DNA of 64,000 nucleotides from a virus (Duplodnaviria > Caudoviricetes): IMG/VR virus record IMGVR_UViG_3300032050_000002. One strand, 5' to 3'. The notes beneath the pieces were generated by a model. The model saw only the letters and a list, made by a program, of their open reading frames with translations, was not told where the DNA came from and searched no databases. Positions 39,058 through 49,901 of the stretch are shown one piece after another. Each line of letters starts with the position of its first letter. Within the stretch, counting starts at the first letter, position 1. A program made the translations under genes and the position numbers.

Positions 39058-40692
39058 ATGGCAACAAGACAAACACGGTTAATAACCAAAAACTCGTTAA
39101 CATCAAATCAACCTCTATCGGGGGCAACCGCATTAAAAGGTGAAGCGGTAGTAAACTTATTTGACGGTATACTATATTACTCAGGCGCGAGCGGAGGAGG
39201 ATTTGTATCATCGGATAATCCAACATCAGGCTTTTTTGAGGTGGGTTCAAACCTATATCAATTAAAAATTAGAGATAAAATAACATCTTATAGCGGAGTA
39301 ACCAATTTATCAGGTCAATTCCTTTCAGGCACATCAACAGGATTTGTTTTAGCTCCAATATCTTCTATTCAGGGTGTTGATAGACATGTTACGGGTTTTA
39401 CTTACGACCCAAATACAAATTCGTTCACAATAACTCAAAGTGAAGGAGGTCCTACAAAAACCGCTTCATTTGACTCAGTGTCAGGGTTAACTATTAACGG
39501 TAATTTGACTGTAACAGGAAATACTGTATTATCTTCAATTACTGGTGGTAGTACAACAATTAATGGTAATTTAACTGTAACAGGAAATACTAATTTAAGT
39601 GGTACAACTTTATATGACGAAACTGTTTCGGGGACAAATCCTCTAGAAATTATAAATTTAAATTATTTAACGGGATACGTACAAACCACTGATGTTTATG
39701 TAACCGGCGCAACTTACACACCCGCAACAAATGATACGGATTATACAAGTTGGTTATTACAATATCACGGTACTCCAATAGGAAGTCCTCACTCTTTCTC
39801 AGGTGAGAACACATTTGTAACTGGTGGTACTTATAGTTTAGGAACAATTACCTTTAACTATAACGATAGTGGTAAACCCGCTTTTACAGTAACAGGTATT
39901 GACGGAACTGATACATACGTAACAGGAGGTACAATATCAACATACCCTTCAACAAGTAATATTACAGGTCAAACTCAATTATCTTATAATAATCCTGAGG
40001 CTGGAGGTCCTTATTATTTACCTTATAGTGATGTATTTGTAACAGGTTTTACTTACTCTAATAACACATTTACAATTAAAGATAATAGTGGTAACACTTA
40101 TTCTGATGTTATTAATACCGTTACAGGTTTAACTGTTAATGGTAATTTAACGGTAACAGGTTTAGGTACTAATAGAGTTGTTTATACAACAACAGGTGGT
40201 TTATTAACAACTGAAAGTAATTTTGGATATAATGATGGAACAGATACTTTATCGGTTCAAAACATTGATGCGAGTGGAGATGTTACAGTCCAAGGTTCAT
40301 TAACGGTTTTCGGACCTAGTATATCCGCATTTACTACTAACTTATATGTTGAAGACCCTAACATTTATTTGAACTATAACCCAACAGGTTCTACAACTGT
40401 AACTTCAGTTAATGCCGGTTTTACAATTCAAGATGGTAATGGAGTTTCTAGTGGAGATGTTAATTTTGATATTATTAGATTACAAAATTTAACAGGATTA
40501 ACATCAAACAATGTTCCAAATGTTTCAGAATATACCTCCCCAACAGGGTATTCTAATAGAGGTTGGATAACTCAATTAAATGATATCGTTATTAGAAGTA
40601 CTGATGTCACCGATGAAATAACTCCGCCATCATCAATTAATGGTGTTAGGGTATTGGCAGAATTTGACGTACTCGATGGGGGTCAATATTGA
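39058..40692 (+). CDS. tail fibre-like protein
   Basis: Thr/Gly/Ser-rich, repeated INGNLTVTGN and YVTGGTY motifs, VEDPNIYLN. Confidence 0.65.
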   Translation: MATRQTRLITKNSLTSNQPLSGATALKGEAVVNLFDGILYYSGASGGGFVSSDNPTSGFFEVGSNLYQLKIRDKITSYSGVTNLSGQFLSGTSTGFVLAPISSIQGVDRHVTGFTYDPNTNSFTITQSEGGPTKTASFDSVSGLTINGNLTVTGNTVLSSITGGSTTINGNLTVTGNTNLSGTTLYDETVSGTNPLEIINLNYLTGYVQTTDVYVTGATYTPATNDTDYTSWLLQYHGTPIGSPHSFSGENTFVTGGTYSLGTITFNYNDSGKPAFTVTGIDGTDTYVTGGTISTYPSTSNITGQTQLSYNNPEAGGPYYLPYSDVFVTGFTYSNNTFTIKDNSGNTYSDVINTVTGLTVNGNLTVTGLGTNRVVYTTTGGLLTTESNFGYNDGTDTLSVQNIDASGDVTVQGSLTVFGPSISAFTTNLYVEDPNIYLNYNPTGSTTVTSVNAGFTIQDGNGVSSGDVNFDIIRLQNLTGLTSNNVPNVSEYTSPTGYSNRGWITQLNDIVIRSTDVTDEITPPSSINGVRVLAEFDVLDGGQY

Positions 40693-40710
40693 TGCAATAA
40701 CTTTATATTT

Positions 40711-40740
40711 AAAAAAGGGAAGAATTTACTTCCCTTTTTT
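40711..40740 (+). terminator. intrinsic terminator (could act in both directions)
   Basis: AAAAAAGGGAAG-aattta-CTTCCCTTTTTT. Confidence 0.85.
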
Positions 40741-40806
40741 ATTTTATACATATTTATTAAGTGAGGTTATATAACCTAATAACGTGACTCTATATAGAGA
40801 TTTTTA

Positions 40807-42240
40807 ATGGCGAATAGAAAAACAACCTTTCTTTTAAGAAGGTCAAATGTTATTGATAAGATACCTGATTTAACAGGTCTTACAATTGGTGAATTAGCGG
40901 TTAACACTGCCGATGCAAAACTTTACACAATATATACAAGTGGAACAACTGGTGCTACTGAAGTTAGACAAATTGGTTGGGATAGACTATCAATAATTTC
41001 AGGAGGCACCGTTTCAGGTAATACTATATTCACTTCGGGAGTCACGGGAAATTCATTTAATATATTTTCAACACCTGTAAATAATAATACAAACTCACAA
41101 ATTTTAACAAGAAATTCCACAACTGGTAATGTTGAATATAGGACCCTTTCAAGTATAACAGGTGATTACTTACCATTATCAGGAGGTACTGTAACGGGAG
41201 GAGTGGTATTTACTTCGGGTATTACGGCAAATACTATATCTAATGTTCAGTATATAGATTTTAATAAAACCGCCAGTACGACTCATGTTGAGGGTAGAGT
41301 TCATTGGAATAATGATATTAAAAGTTTGGAGATTGATACCGAAAATCCTGAAGTTCAATTAGAAGTTGGTCATGAATTAGTTCTTAGAGTTGTTAATAAA
41401 ACCGGAGCTGACATCCCAAAAGGAAGAGCGGTTTATATAGATGGTGAACAAGGTCAAAGACCAACAATTAGATTAGCGAGTTTTACTGCTGATACTACGT
41501 CTGCGTCGGTAGTTGGTTTAACAATGGCACAAATAAGTAACAATAATAATGGATATGTTATTTTAAATGGTTTGTTAGTCGGAAGTATTTCTGAACCGTT
41601 AGATACAAGTTCATATAGTGCGGGAACACCATTATATCTTTTAACCGGAGGAACATTAACAGATATAAAACCTCAAGCTCCTGACCACGATGTTAGAATT
41701 GGTAAGGTAGTTGTTTCAAACGCAACAACAGGTTCAATATACGTTCAAGTCCAAAACGGATACGAATTAGATGAGCTACACGATGTTAGGATAACAAATA
41801 AGACATTTGGGGATATTATAACTCTAAGTGCTTATAACGGAAATGATGTTTGGGTTAATTCAAAAACTTTAAATGGTTCTTATACAATAACAGGAAGTAC
41901 ATCGATTAATAACGGGTTATTTGTAACGGGTAACACAACTTTACAATCGTTTACCGCGGGAACAGGAACAATTAATGGTAATTTAACTGTTACGGGAAAT
42001 ACAAACGTAAGAGATGTCACAGGTACTACAGGGACGTTTAATGGAAATTTATTAGTTACCGGTACGTCAAGTGCGTCAACGGTTACCATAACGTCAACCC
42101 CGACAAGTGGTATAACATCCACCCAAATTTTAGTAAGAAATTCAACAACAGGTGTTGTTGAGTATACCGATAATACGTCACCAACCATATTTAATTATGG
42201 TTTGGCTTACGCATTTAGTACATCAAATATAACAGTTTAA
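40807..42240 (+). CDS. tail fibre-like protein with Mtd_N-like N-terminus
   Basis: LLRRSNV...IP...GELAVNTADAKLY; shares a ~210-aa module with 53135..55702. Confidence 0.65.
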   Translation: MANRKTTFLLRRSNVIDKIPDLTGLTIGELAVNTADAKLYTIYTSGTTGATEVRQIGWDRLSIISGGTVSGNTIFTSGVTGNSFNIFSTPVNNNTNSQILTRNSTTGNVEYRTLSSITGDYLPLSGGTVTGGVVFTSGITANTISNVQYIDFNKTASTTHVEGRVHWNNDIKSLEIDTENPEVQLEVGHELVLRVVNKTGADIPKGRAVYIDGEQGQRPTIRLASFTADTTSASVVGLTMAQISNNNNGYVILNGLLVGSISEPLDTSSYSAGTPLYLLTGGTLTDIKPQAPDHDVRIGKVVVSNATTGSIYVQVQNGYELDELHDVRITNKTFGDIITLSAYNGNDVWVNSKTLNGSYTITGSTSINNGLFVTGNTTLQSFTAGTGTINGNLTVTGNTNVRDVTGTTGTFNGNLLVTGTSSASTVTITSTPTSGITSTQILVRNSTTGVVEYTDNTSPTIFNYGLAYAFSTSNITV

Positions 42241-42263
42241 TAAAAAAATAAAAAATATAAATT

Positions 42264-42689
42264 ATGCCAGCAAACGTACAACCAATTTACACAAGAGAAC
42301 CTGACGTACAATGGACGATTTCAGCGATGACAGTTGCCAACACAACAAAAGATTTAACGGGAGGAACCATTTATTTAGCGTTTACTGCCGACACAACAAA
42401 CGGTAGTTATGTGCAAAGAATTAGATTTAGACCATTAGGGACTAATAATAGTGCCACTGTTGCTAGGGTTTGGATAAATAACGGTTCAACAACGACTACC
42501 GCAGCAAATAATGCGTTAATAGACGAAATAACATTACCAACAATAACAAATTCTGAGGTAGCAGCACAGTCAAATTATGAATTACCTCTAAATTTTGGAC
42601 TAGCACCTAGTGATAGAATTTATGTCACACTTGGTACCGCACCAAATTCTGCGGGATGGCAAGCAACGGTTATTGGGGGTAAATATTAA
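42264..42689 (+). CDS. small beta-sandwich virion-type protein
   Basis: MPANVQPIY...LPLNFGLAPSDRIYV...VIGGKY. Confidence 0.6.
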   Translation: MPANVQPIYTREPDVQWTISAMTVANTTKDLTGGTIYLAFTADTTNGSYVQRIRFRPLGTNNSATVARVWINNGSTTTTAANNALIDEITLPTITNSEVAAQSNYELPLNFGLAPSDRIYVTLGTAPNSAGWQATVIGGKY

Positions 42690-42701
42690 AAATACAATAT
42701 T

Positions 42702-42896
42702 ATGAAATATAGTTTATGTCAATTTGAATATGGTTATGAAGGACAATTTTATCAAATCTGTGATTTAAATAGTGAAATTGGATTTGTTAGGTTTTCTGAT
42801 TTGGATGGGAATACTTTAGAATTAGTACCACCATACGGTTATTACATAGTTGATGGTGATTCACCAACACCGACTTGGGATTTAAATAATGATTGA
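42702..42896 (+). CDS. small hypothetical protein
   Basis: 64-aa ORF coupled to the next gene. Confidence 0.6.
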   Translation: MKYSLCQFEYGYEGQFYQICDLNSEIGFVRFSDLDGNTLELVPPYGYYIVDGDSPTPTWDLNND

Positions 42897-43809
42897 TTAT
42901 TCTAATATATCACAAATAACAAACCATCAAACTTTTTTCGGTTTAGGTTCAACTGTTTGGCAGACTTGGCAAAAACCAAAAAATACAAATTTTGTCTTTA
43001 TAACCGCAATAGGTGGAGGTGGTGGTGGAGGAGGTTCTACAAATAGTACCTCCCTATCAATTGCTGGAGGTGGTGGAGGAGGATGTTCATCAATATCAAA
43101 AATATTTGTTCCCTCTTTCTTGTTACCCGATACATTATATATAAATGTTGGTATGGGTGGAGCTGGAGGTGTAAATGCTGCCGGTTCTTCAGGTGGAATT
43201 TCGACCATTTCAATACAACCAAACACAACTTCTTCAAATGTTATTATTGAATCAGGAATTGTTGGTGCGGGGGGAGGTTCAAGAGGAACATCAACCGTAG
43301 GCAGCGGTACTGCCGGAACTGGAGGTACCGCGTTTGTAACATCAGAAGGATTCTTATCATCATTAGGTACTTGGTCAAGTTTTAATGGTATTTCAGGGGC
43401 AAATGGTGGTGCCCCAGGATTTAACGCCGGAGGGACTGTTACTGCTTTAAACACTTTCATATTGACAGGTGGTGGTGGTGGTGGCGGAAGAAGTACATCA
43501 AATGGGGGTGCCGGTGGTAGTATATTAGCAAATGGGGTTTTAGGTAGGTCGGCAGGAGGAACACCTACTAATGACGGAACAAATGGATTGATTACTATAA
43601 GACCAACACTTTTAACGTATTCATCAACAAAGTTTCCTTTTGCTGCAACAGGTGGTGCTGGAGGTGGTGGTGCAGGTCCCGCCGCTACGGGTGGTTCTGG
43701 TGGTAATGGTGAAATTGGGTGTGGTGGGGGAGGTGCCGGTGGTGGTGAAGAGGGTGCTGGTAATGGTGGTAGAGGAGGTAATGGAATTGTATTTATAACA
43801 ACTTTTTAA
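42889..43809 (+). CDS. glycine-rich tail-associated protein
   Basis: IGGGGGGGG, many GGxGG motifs, ends GGRGGNGIVFIT. Confidence 0.75.
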   Translation: MIDYSNISQITNHQTFFGLGSTVWQTWQKPKNTNFVFITAIGGGGGGGGSTNSTSLSIAGGGGGGCSSISKIFVPSFLLPDTLYINVGMGGAGGVNAAGSSGGISTISIQPNTTSSNVIIESGIVGAGGGSRGTSTVGSGTAGTGGTAFVTSEGFLSSLGTWSSFNGISGANGGAPGFNAGGTVTALNTFILTGGGGGGGRSTSNGGAGGSILANGVLGRSAGGTPTNDGTNGLITIRPTLLTYSSTKFPFAATGGAGGGGAGPAATGGSGGNGEIGCGGGGAGGGEEGAGNGGRGGNGIVFITTF

Positions 43810-43820
43810 TTTTTTAATAT

Positions 43821-44777
43821 ATGATAGATTTTTTTAACTTACCAAATATAACAAATACACAAGTATTTTATGCTCAAGGAACGACTGTTTGGCAAATATG
43901 GCAAAAACCAAGAAATTGTAAATTTGTTCACTTGTTTGTATTAGGTGGTGGAGGTGGTGGTGGTGGAGGTAGAGGTGGTGGTAGTGCTCCTGCAACAGGT
44001 GGCGGAGGAGGGGCGTCTTCTTCTGTAACGACAGGATTTTTTACCGCAAACCTTATACCGGATAACCTTTATATTTTGGTAGGACCTGGTGGGACTTCAG
44101 GACCTGGTGGAGGTTCAGGAACAAACGGAACTGTGGGTGGTAATGGTTCATTATCATATGTTTCTGTAACAAATAGTGCGTCCGCAGCAAATGTTATTTT
44201 GGCCAGTGGAAACGCCGCGGCAACAGGAGGTTCAGGTGGGATTGCCGGACCTAACACGGTTGCTGGAGGAACTGCCGGGACATCGTTTACATCGACAAAC
44301 GGATTATTGTCTAATTTGGGAATTGTAAATTCAATTGGTGGCCAAATTGGTCTTTCAGGTCAAAATCTTTCCGCTGGAGTTGACGTTACTATCACGGGTA
44401 TAACATCTGGAGGTGCGGGAGGTGGTGGAGCTCAAAGTAGTGCTACGGTATACTCTGGAGGGTCAATAAACTCGTCAGGATTTATACCAAGAGTAAATGG
44501 TGGTGTTTTAGGTCTCGGTTCCAATGGTGGAACGGCCAATTCTGGATTTATTAGTTTAAACCCTTCTTCTTTATCAACATCAAAACAACCATTCTTAACC
44601 ACAGGTGGTGCTGGAGGAGGGGGTTCAACAAATAATGGAGTTGGTACATTTACCGGTGGAACTGGAGGTAATGGTGGTTATGGCTCTGGCGGTGGAGGAG
44701 GTGGAGGAGCATATAGTAATACTGGAGGCGCCGGAGGTAGAGGTGGTAATGGTATTGTAATAATAACTTCTTGGTAA
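43821..44777 (+). CDS. glycine-rich tail-associated protein (paralog of 42889..43809)
   Basis: same WQxWQKP.N..FV N-terminus and GGRGGNGIV.IT C-terminus. Confidence 0.75.
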   Translation: MIDFFNLPNITNTQVFYAQGTTVWQIWQKPRNCKFVHLFVLGGGGGGGGGRGGGSAPATGGGGGASSSVTTGFFTANLIPDNLYILVGPGGTSGPGGGSGTNGTVGGNGSLSYVSVTNSASAANVILASGNAAATGGSGGIAGPNTVAGGTAGTSFTSTNGLLSNLGIVNSIGGQIGLSGQNLSAGVDVTITGITSGGAGGGGAQSSATVYSGGSINSSGFIPRVNGGVLGLGSNGGTANSGFISLNPSSLSTSKQPFLTTGGAGGGGSTNNGVGTFTGGTGGNGGYGSGGGGGGGAYSNTGGAGGRGGNGIVIITSW

Positions 44778-44792
44778 GATATTTATAATTAA

Positions 44793-45305
44793 ATGCAAAC
44801 AATAGAAATAACAGGAGCAACAGGGACAGGACCTTACGATGTTTATCTTTGTGATATAACATTAACATATTGTTTTTTAATTTCGGGTTCAACAACAATC
44901 CCACCAACCGTATCATTCGAATTACCATCGTCATTACCAAACCCTTTTCCTCCACCAGCGAATATATCTTTTACAGGTGCGGATTCAGTCATTGTTAAAT
45001 TAGTCGATACATCAAGTGGATGTGAAAAATTCATATATTATGGTTGCCCTGTTAGTCCAACACCAACACCCACAATGACTCCAACCCCAACTCCTACACC
45101 TACTTCAACTTGTAGATGTATTACGGTATCTGCAAGTACAATCACAAATGGTGTGTTTTATTATACAGATTGTTTTGGGGTTACATTAGCGCCAATAACC
45201 GTAACTCAAAATACGATATCTTATTATTGTGGAACAAATCCAATCATTGTATCAGATTGTTCAGTTACTTTAGGGTCTCCTTGCGTATCAGGTTCTTGTC
45301 CTTAA
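44793..45305 (+). CDS. Cys-containing virion-type protein with Pro/Thr tract
   Basis: [21 protein letters not shown] at 45048-45110; GATATTTATA 5 nt upstream of ATG. Confidence 0.7.
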   Translation: MQTIEITGATGTGPYDVYLCDITLTYCFLISGSTTIPPTVSFELPSSLPNPFPPPANISFTGADSVIVKLVDTSSGCEKFIYYGCPVSPTPTPTMTPTPTPTPTSTCRCITVSASTITNGVFYYTDCFGVTLAPITVTQNTISYYCGTNPIIVSDCSVTLGSPCVSGSCP

Positions 45306-45359
45306 TTTTTATTAATCTATTCATATTTATTTGATTTTTTTTATTTTTAAAATAAAAAA

Positions 45360-46607
45360 ATGTCAAAGATTTTTATTCAAATTGCATCTTATAGAGACCC
45401 ACAATTAATTCCAACAATTAAAAGTATGTTGGAAAACGCAAAGAATCCACAAAATTTAGTTTTAGGTATTTGTAGACAATATCACCCTGATGATAAATTT
45501 GATGATTTATCAGAGTATAAAAATGATAAAAGATTCAGAGTTTTAAATGTTTTATACACAGAATCAAAAGGTGTTTGTTGGGCAAGAAATCAAGTCCAAC
45601 AATTATATAAAAACGAAAAATATACATTACAAATTGACTCACACATGAGGTTCGCTCCAAATTGGGATGTTGAAATGATTAATATGGTTAGAGACCTTCA
45701 AAAGAAAGGTTATAAAAAACCATTATTAACAGGATATGTATCATCGTTTGACCCTGACAATGACCCAAATGGAAGAGTTAATGAACCTTGGAGAATGGTA
45801 TTTGATAGATTTATCCCTGAAGGAGCGGTTTTCTTTTTACCTGAAACAATTCCAGATTGGAAAAATTTAACCGAACCAGTTACGACAAGATTTTATTCCG
45901 CTCACTATTGTTTTACTTTGGGACAATTTTCAAAAGAAGTTATTCATAATCCAAATTACTATTTTCACGGAGAAGAAATCTCAATTGCTGTGAGAGCTTA
46001 TACTCATGGATATGATTTATTTCATCCTCATAAAGTTTTAATTTGGCACGAGTACACAAGAAAGAATCGTACAAAACAGTGGGATGATGACAAGGAGTGG
46101 TTTAAAAAGAACGACCAATCACACAAATTAAATAGACAACTATTCGGTATGGATGGTGAGGAAATGATTGATTTTGGTGAGTATGGTTTTGGTAAGGAAA
46201 GAACTTTAGAAGATTATGAAAAGTATGCAGGAATTAAATTTTCATTAAGAGGAGTTCAACAATATACTTTAGATAAAAATTACCCTCCTAATCCATATAA
46301 TTACGAATCTCAAGAAGAATGGTTAAAAAGTTTCTCATCAATCTTTAAACATTGTATTGATGTTCACTTTAATCAAGTTCCTGAAAAAGATTATGATTTT
46401 TGGGTGGTAGCGTTTCATAATGAAAAAGATGAGACAATATATCGAAAAGATGCCGATATAAATGAAATAAACAGAATGATGACCGACCCTGACGGATATT
46501 GTAAAATATGGAGAGAATTTCAAACAACAATTAAACCAAAGTATTGGGTTGTTTGGCCATATAGTAAATCTAAGGGGTGGTGCGATAGATTAACAGGAAA
46601 TTTATGA
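45360..46607 (+). CDS. GT60-family (GlcNAc/Gnt1-like) polypeptide GlcNAc-transferase
   Basis: IFIQIASYRD, GVCWARN, LQIDSHMRF (DxH), FYSAHY, YFHGEEI, RAYTHGYDLFHP. Confidence 0.82.
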   Translation: MSKIFIQIASYRDPQLIPTIKSMLENAKNPQNLVLGICRQYHPDDKFDDLSEYKNDKRFRVLNVLYTESKGVCWARNQVQQLYKNEKYTLQIDSHMRFAPNWDVEMINMVRDLQKKGYKKPLLTGYVSSFDPDNDPNGRVNEPWRMVFDRFIPEGAVFFLPETIPDWKNLTEPVTTRFYSAHYCFTLGQFSKEVIHNPNYYFHGEEISIAVRAYTHGYDLFHPHKVLIWHEYTRKNRTKQWDDDKEWFKKNDQSHKLNRQLFGMDGEEMIDFGEYGFGKERTLEDYEKYAGIKFSLRGVQQYTLDKNYPPNPYNYESQEEWLKSFSSIFKHCIDVHFNQVPEKDYDFWVVAFHNEKDETIYRKDADINEINRMMTDPDGYCKIWREFQTTIKPKYWVVWPYSKSKGWCDRLTGNL

Positions 46608-47323
46608 AAAAAATATTATTAACAATGTTGTTTTGGACTGATGGTCAAAGTCAGTCTACCAGAGAAAGAAATGTTAAATTTACGTTTCCAAAAATTATAG
46701 ATTTAACCGAATTTTTAAATAAAAATAATATTGAATGCGAATTCAAACTATATGATTTTTCACCTATTAAAGTAATTTACGATTCAATTCATATACCTTA
46801 CGAGTTAGGGGATTATAAACGGTCTGAAAAAATAAATCTAATATTAAAACAAAATGAAAATTTTGATTTTGTATTTATGTTTGATTGCGATACTTTTTTT
46901 AATGAATCTAATTTTTTACAAATATTAAACATTATTAATAATTTAGAAAAGGGGGATATTGTGACTTTTGATGCTGCAAAACTAAAAGAAGAGGATTTAG
47001 ACTTAATATTTAAAACCGGCAACGTTGATGAAAAAACCACAGATTGGTGGTATGCGTATTCAGGTGAAAAAAAATACGGACCTTTAAACGGAAGAGCGGG
47101 TGGATTAGGTGGCGTTTTTATTTGTGATATAGATTTAATATTAGGTAATGGCGGGTTTGATGAAAAATATGTTGGTTGGGGTGGAGAAGATGGAGATATG
47201 TTGGATAGAATAATTAATTCAAAAAAACTTAATAGATTAACTCCGACTAGAGATTTTGCGCCTTATCATCTCCCACATTTTGTGGATTTAAATAACAAAA
47301 AATATAATAAAAGATTCAAATAA
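46604..47323 (+). CDS. GT-A glycosyltransferase with GT7 C-terminal (galactosyltransferase-like) motif
   Basis: FMFDCD (DxD), GGFDEKYVGWGGEDGDM, YHLPH. Confidence 0.8.
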   Translation: MKKILLTMLFWTDGQSQSTRERNVKFTFPKIIDLTEFLNKNNIECEFKLYDFSPIKVIYDSIHIPYELGDYKRSEKINLILKQNENFDFVFMFDCDTFFNESNFLQILNIINNLEKGDIVTFDAAKLKEEDLDLIFKTGNVDEKTTDWWYAYSGEKKYGPLNGRAGGLGGVFICDIDLILGNGGFDEKYVGWGGEDGDMLDRIINSKKLNRLTPTRDFAPYHLPHFVDLNNKKYNKRFK

Positions 47324-47339
47324 TAAAAAAATTAAATTT

Positions 47340-48188
47340 ATGAAAACACTTTTTATAACCTCTATTTATTCAAATCTTTGGGGCACTGAGTTTGGCGGAA
47401 GACCTAGTAGAGAGTATCATTATAGGATAAGTCTTCAAAACATTTTGAATATGAATCCCACAAAATGTGTTTGTTTCACTTCATCAGATGAAATAGAAAA
47501 TCTAAAAAATGTATTCTATAATAATTTTAAAATGCCTCAAGAACAATTATCATTTGTAATTTTTGATTTACACAATACCAAATATTTTGATGAGATTAGA
47601 AAATTAAAAAATTTGGAGGAGATGAAAAGAACCGATAGATGTTATGAAATTCAGTATAATAAATTTATGTGGAAATATAACATAAATGAAATTTATAATT
47701 ATGATAGGGTTTATTGGATTGACTCTGGATTATCTCATGGAGGTATTTTTCCTGAAAAATACCAAAAAGATAATAGTCGAGAAGGTCATTATAAAATAAG
47801 TTTATTTAGTCAAAAATATTTAAACCATTTAAATCAATTAACTTCAGATAAGATTCTTTTATTATCTAAAAATAATGAAGGACAATTTTTTTGGTCGCAA
47901 CAAATACCCCAACATTATTATAAAGAATTTGATAGGTCTAAACATATTATCGGAGGTCTTTTTGGGGGAACACCAAAAAAATTTTTAGAATTTTGTGATA
48001 AGTTTGAAACTTTATTAATACAATTATTAAGAAATGAAAATCAATTATATATGGAAGAACTAATAATGTCTTGTCTATATTTTAATGAAAAAAATAATTT
48101 TACTTTATTGGAATTCGATGATTGGTATAAAAGAGAGCACCATAATGACCCTAATATAAAATATTTTTATAATATGTTTGAATTATGA
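47340..48188 (+). CDS. HtrL/YibB (WlaTC-like) putative glycosyltransferase
   Basis: YNKF, VYWIDSG, IIGGLFGG, MEELIM. Confidence 0.65.
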   Translation: MKTLFITSIYSNLWGTEFGGRPSREYHYRISLQNILNMNPTKCVCFTSSDEIENLKNVFYNNFKMPQEQLSFVIFDLHNTKYFDEIRKLKNLEEMKRTDRCYEIQYNKFMWKYNINEIYNYDRVYWIDSGLSHGGIFPEKYQKDNSREGHYKISLFSQKYLNHLNQLTSDKILLLSKNNEGQFFWSQQIPQHYYKEFDRSKHIIGGLFGGTPKKFLEFCDKFETLLIQLLRNENQLYMEELIMSCLYFNEKNNFTLLEFDDWYKREHHNDPNIKYFYNMFEL

Positions 48189-49855
48189 TTACATTAGTTA
48201 CGGGTCTTTGGGATATAAAAAGAGATAGTCTTTCTGAAGGGTGGTCTCGTTCATTCGAGCATTACAAACAAAAATTTTCAGAACTACTTAAAGTAGAAAA
48301 TAATATGATTATATTCGGTGACCCCGAGTTAGAGTCATTTGTTTGGGAACATAGAGGTAAAGAAAATACACAGTTTATTGTAAGATATCAATCTTGGTTT
48401 AAGACCAACGAATATTATGAATTAATTCAAAAGATTAGAAACAATCCAGAATGGTTTAATCAAGTAGGTTGGTTAACAAATTCCACTCAAGCAAAACTTG
48501 AGATGTATAACCCACTTGTAATGTCAAAGATGTTTTTATTACATGATGCGAAAATACTTGATAGGTTTAATTCCGAATATCTATTTTGGATTGATGCTGG
48601 TCTTACAAACACTGTTCACCCTGGTTATTTTACTCACGACAAAGTTTTAGAGAAGTTGCCAAAATACGTTAATAACTTTAACTTTGTTTGTTTTCCTTAT
48701 GAAGCAAATACCGAAATTCATGGGTTCAAATTTGATAAGATGAATGACTATTCAGGTAAGAAAGTTGATAAGGTTGCTAGAGGAGGATTTTTTGGTGGTA
48801 GAAAAGAATCAATAACCGAAATTAATAATCTATATTACAATTTATTAGTTGAGACATTAAACAATGGTTTAATGGGTACTGAAGAAAGTTTATTTACAAT
48901 TCTATTATACAAATACCCAAACACATTTAGTTATTCTGAAATAGAAGGTAATGGTCTTATGGGTAAATTTTTTGAGGATTTAAAAAACGATTCTGTGGTC
49001 GTCAAATCGGAAAAACCAATTAGACAAGAGATTAAAAATATTGATACGAGTAAGGTTGGTTTATATGTTATTACATTTAATTCACCAAATCAGTTTGAGA
49101 CATTAATTAAATCAATGTTAGAATATGACTCTGATTTTATAACAAAAACAAAAAAGTTTTTACTTGACAACTCAACAGATTTATCAACAACTCCAAGATA
49201 TAAACAATTATGTGAGCAATATGGTTTTGAACACATAAAGAAAGATAATTTGGGAATTTGTGGTGGAAGGCAATTTGTGTCTGACCATTTTAATGAATCT
49301 GATTTAGATATAATGGCGTGGAGCGAAGATGATATGTTTTTTCAAAACAAACCTAATGAAACTTGTAGAAATGGGTTTAATAGATACACATCAAATTTAT
49401 ATCAAAAATGTTTAGATATTTTAAAGAAAGAAAATTTTGATTTTTTAAAAATAAACTTCACGGAATTCTACGGAGATAATTCAACTTGTTGGCCGTGGTA
49501 TAATGTTCCGCAAGATTTTAGACAAAAACATTGGCCAAATAAACCAAATCTTCCTGTGCAAGGTTTAGACCCCGATTCTCCTTTGTCGAAATATAAACAT
49601 ATTAAATCTTATAAAGGTTTACCTTATGTTAGTGGTGACATTTATTATTGTAATTGGACTCATTTTATAACAAAAGAAGGTAATAGAAAAATGTTTCAAG
49701 AAACAAAATGGGATAGACCATTTGAACAAACTTGGATGAGTCATATATATCAAGAAACAATTAAAAGTAAAATTAACCCTGGTTTATTACTATTAACACC
49801 AATTGAGCATAACCGTTTTGAACACTATGACGGTAAATTAAGAAAAGAAAGTTAA
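48185..49855 (+). CDS. HtrL/YibB-like domain fused to a second GT-A-like domain
   Basis: ITLVTGLWDI, FWIDAG, RGGFFGG, TEESLF; C-terminal LLDNS, AWSEDDM. Confidence 0.7.
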   Translation: MITLVTGLWDIKRDSLSEGWSRSFEHYKQKFSELLKVENNMIIFGDPELESFVWEHRGKENTQFIVRYQSWFKTNEYYELIQKIRNNPEWFNQVGWLTNSTQAKLEMYNPLVMSKMFLLHDAKILDRFNSEYLFWIDAGLTNTVHPGYFTHDKVLEKLPKYVNNFNFVCFPYEANTEIHGFKFDKMNDYSGKKVDKVARGGFFGGRKESITEINNLYYNLLVETLNNGLMGTEESLFTILLYKYPNTFSYSEIEGNGLMGKFFEDLKNDSVVVKSEKPIRQEIKNIDTSKVGLYVITFNSPNQFETLIKSMLEYDSDFITKTKKFLLDNSTDLSTTPRYKQLCEQYGFEHIKKDNLGICGGRQFVSDHFNESDLDIMAWSEDDMFFQNKPNETCRNGFNRYTSNLYQKCLDILKKENFDFLKINFTEFYGDNSTCWPWYNVPQDFRQKHWPNKPNLPVQGLDPDSPLSKYKHIKSYKGLPYVSGDIYYCNWTHFITKEGNRKMFQETKWDRPFEQTWMSHIYQETIKSKINPGLLLLTPIEHNRFEHYDGKLRKES

Positions 49856-49901
49856 TCTATTTATTTTACATTATTAAAGTATTTATATGATAAAAAGATA
49901 G

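Noticed and set aside
42927-44955. Pro-rich antisense ORFs (42927-43460, 44069-44257, 44650-44955)
   Set aside because: They are reverse-complement shadows of the GGN-rich glycine codons.
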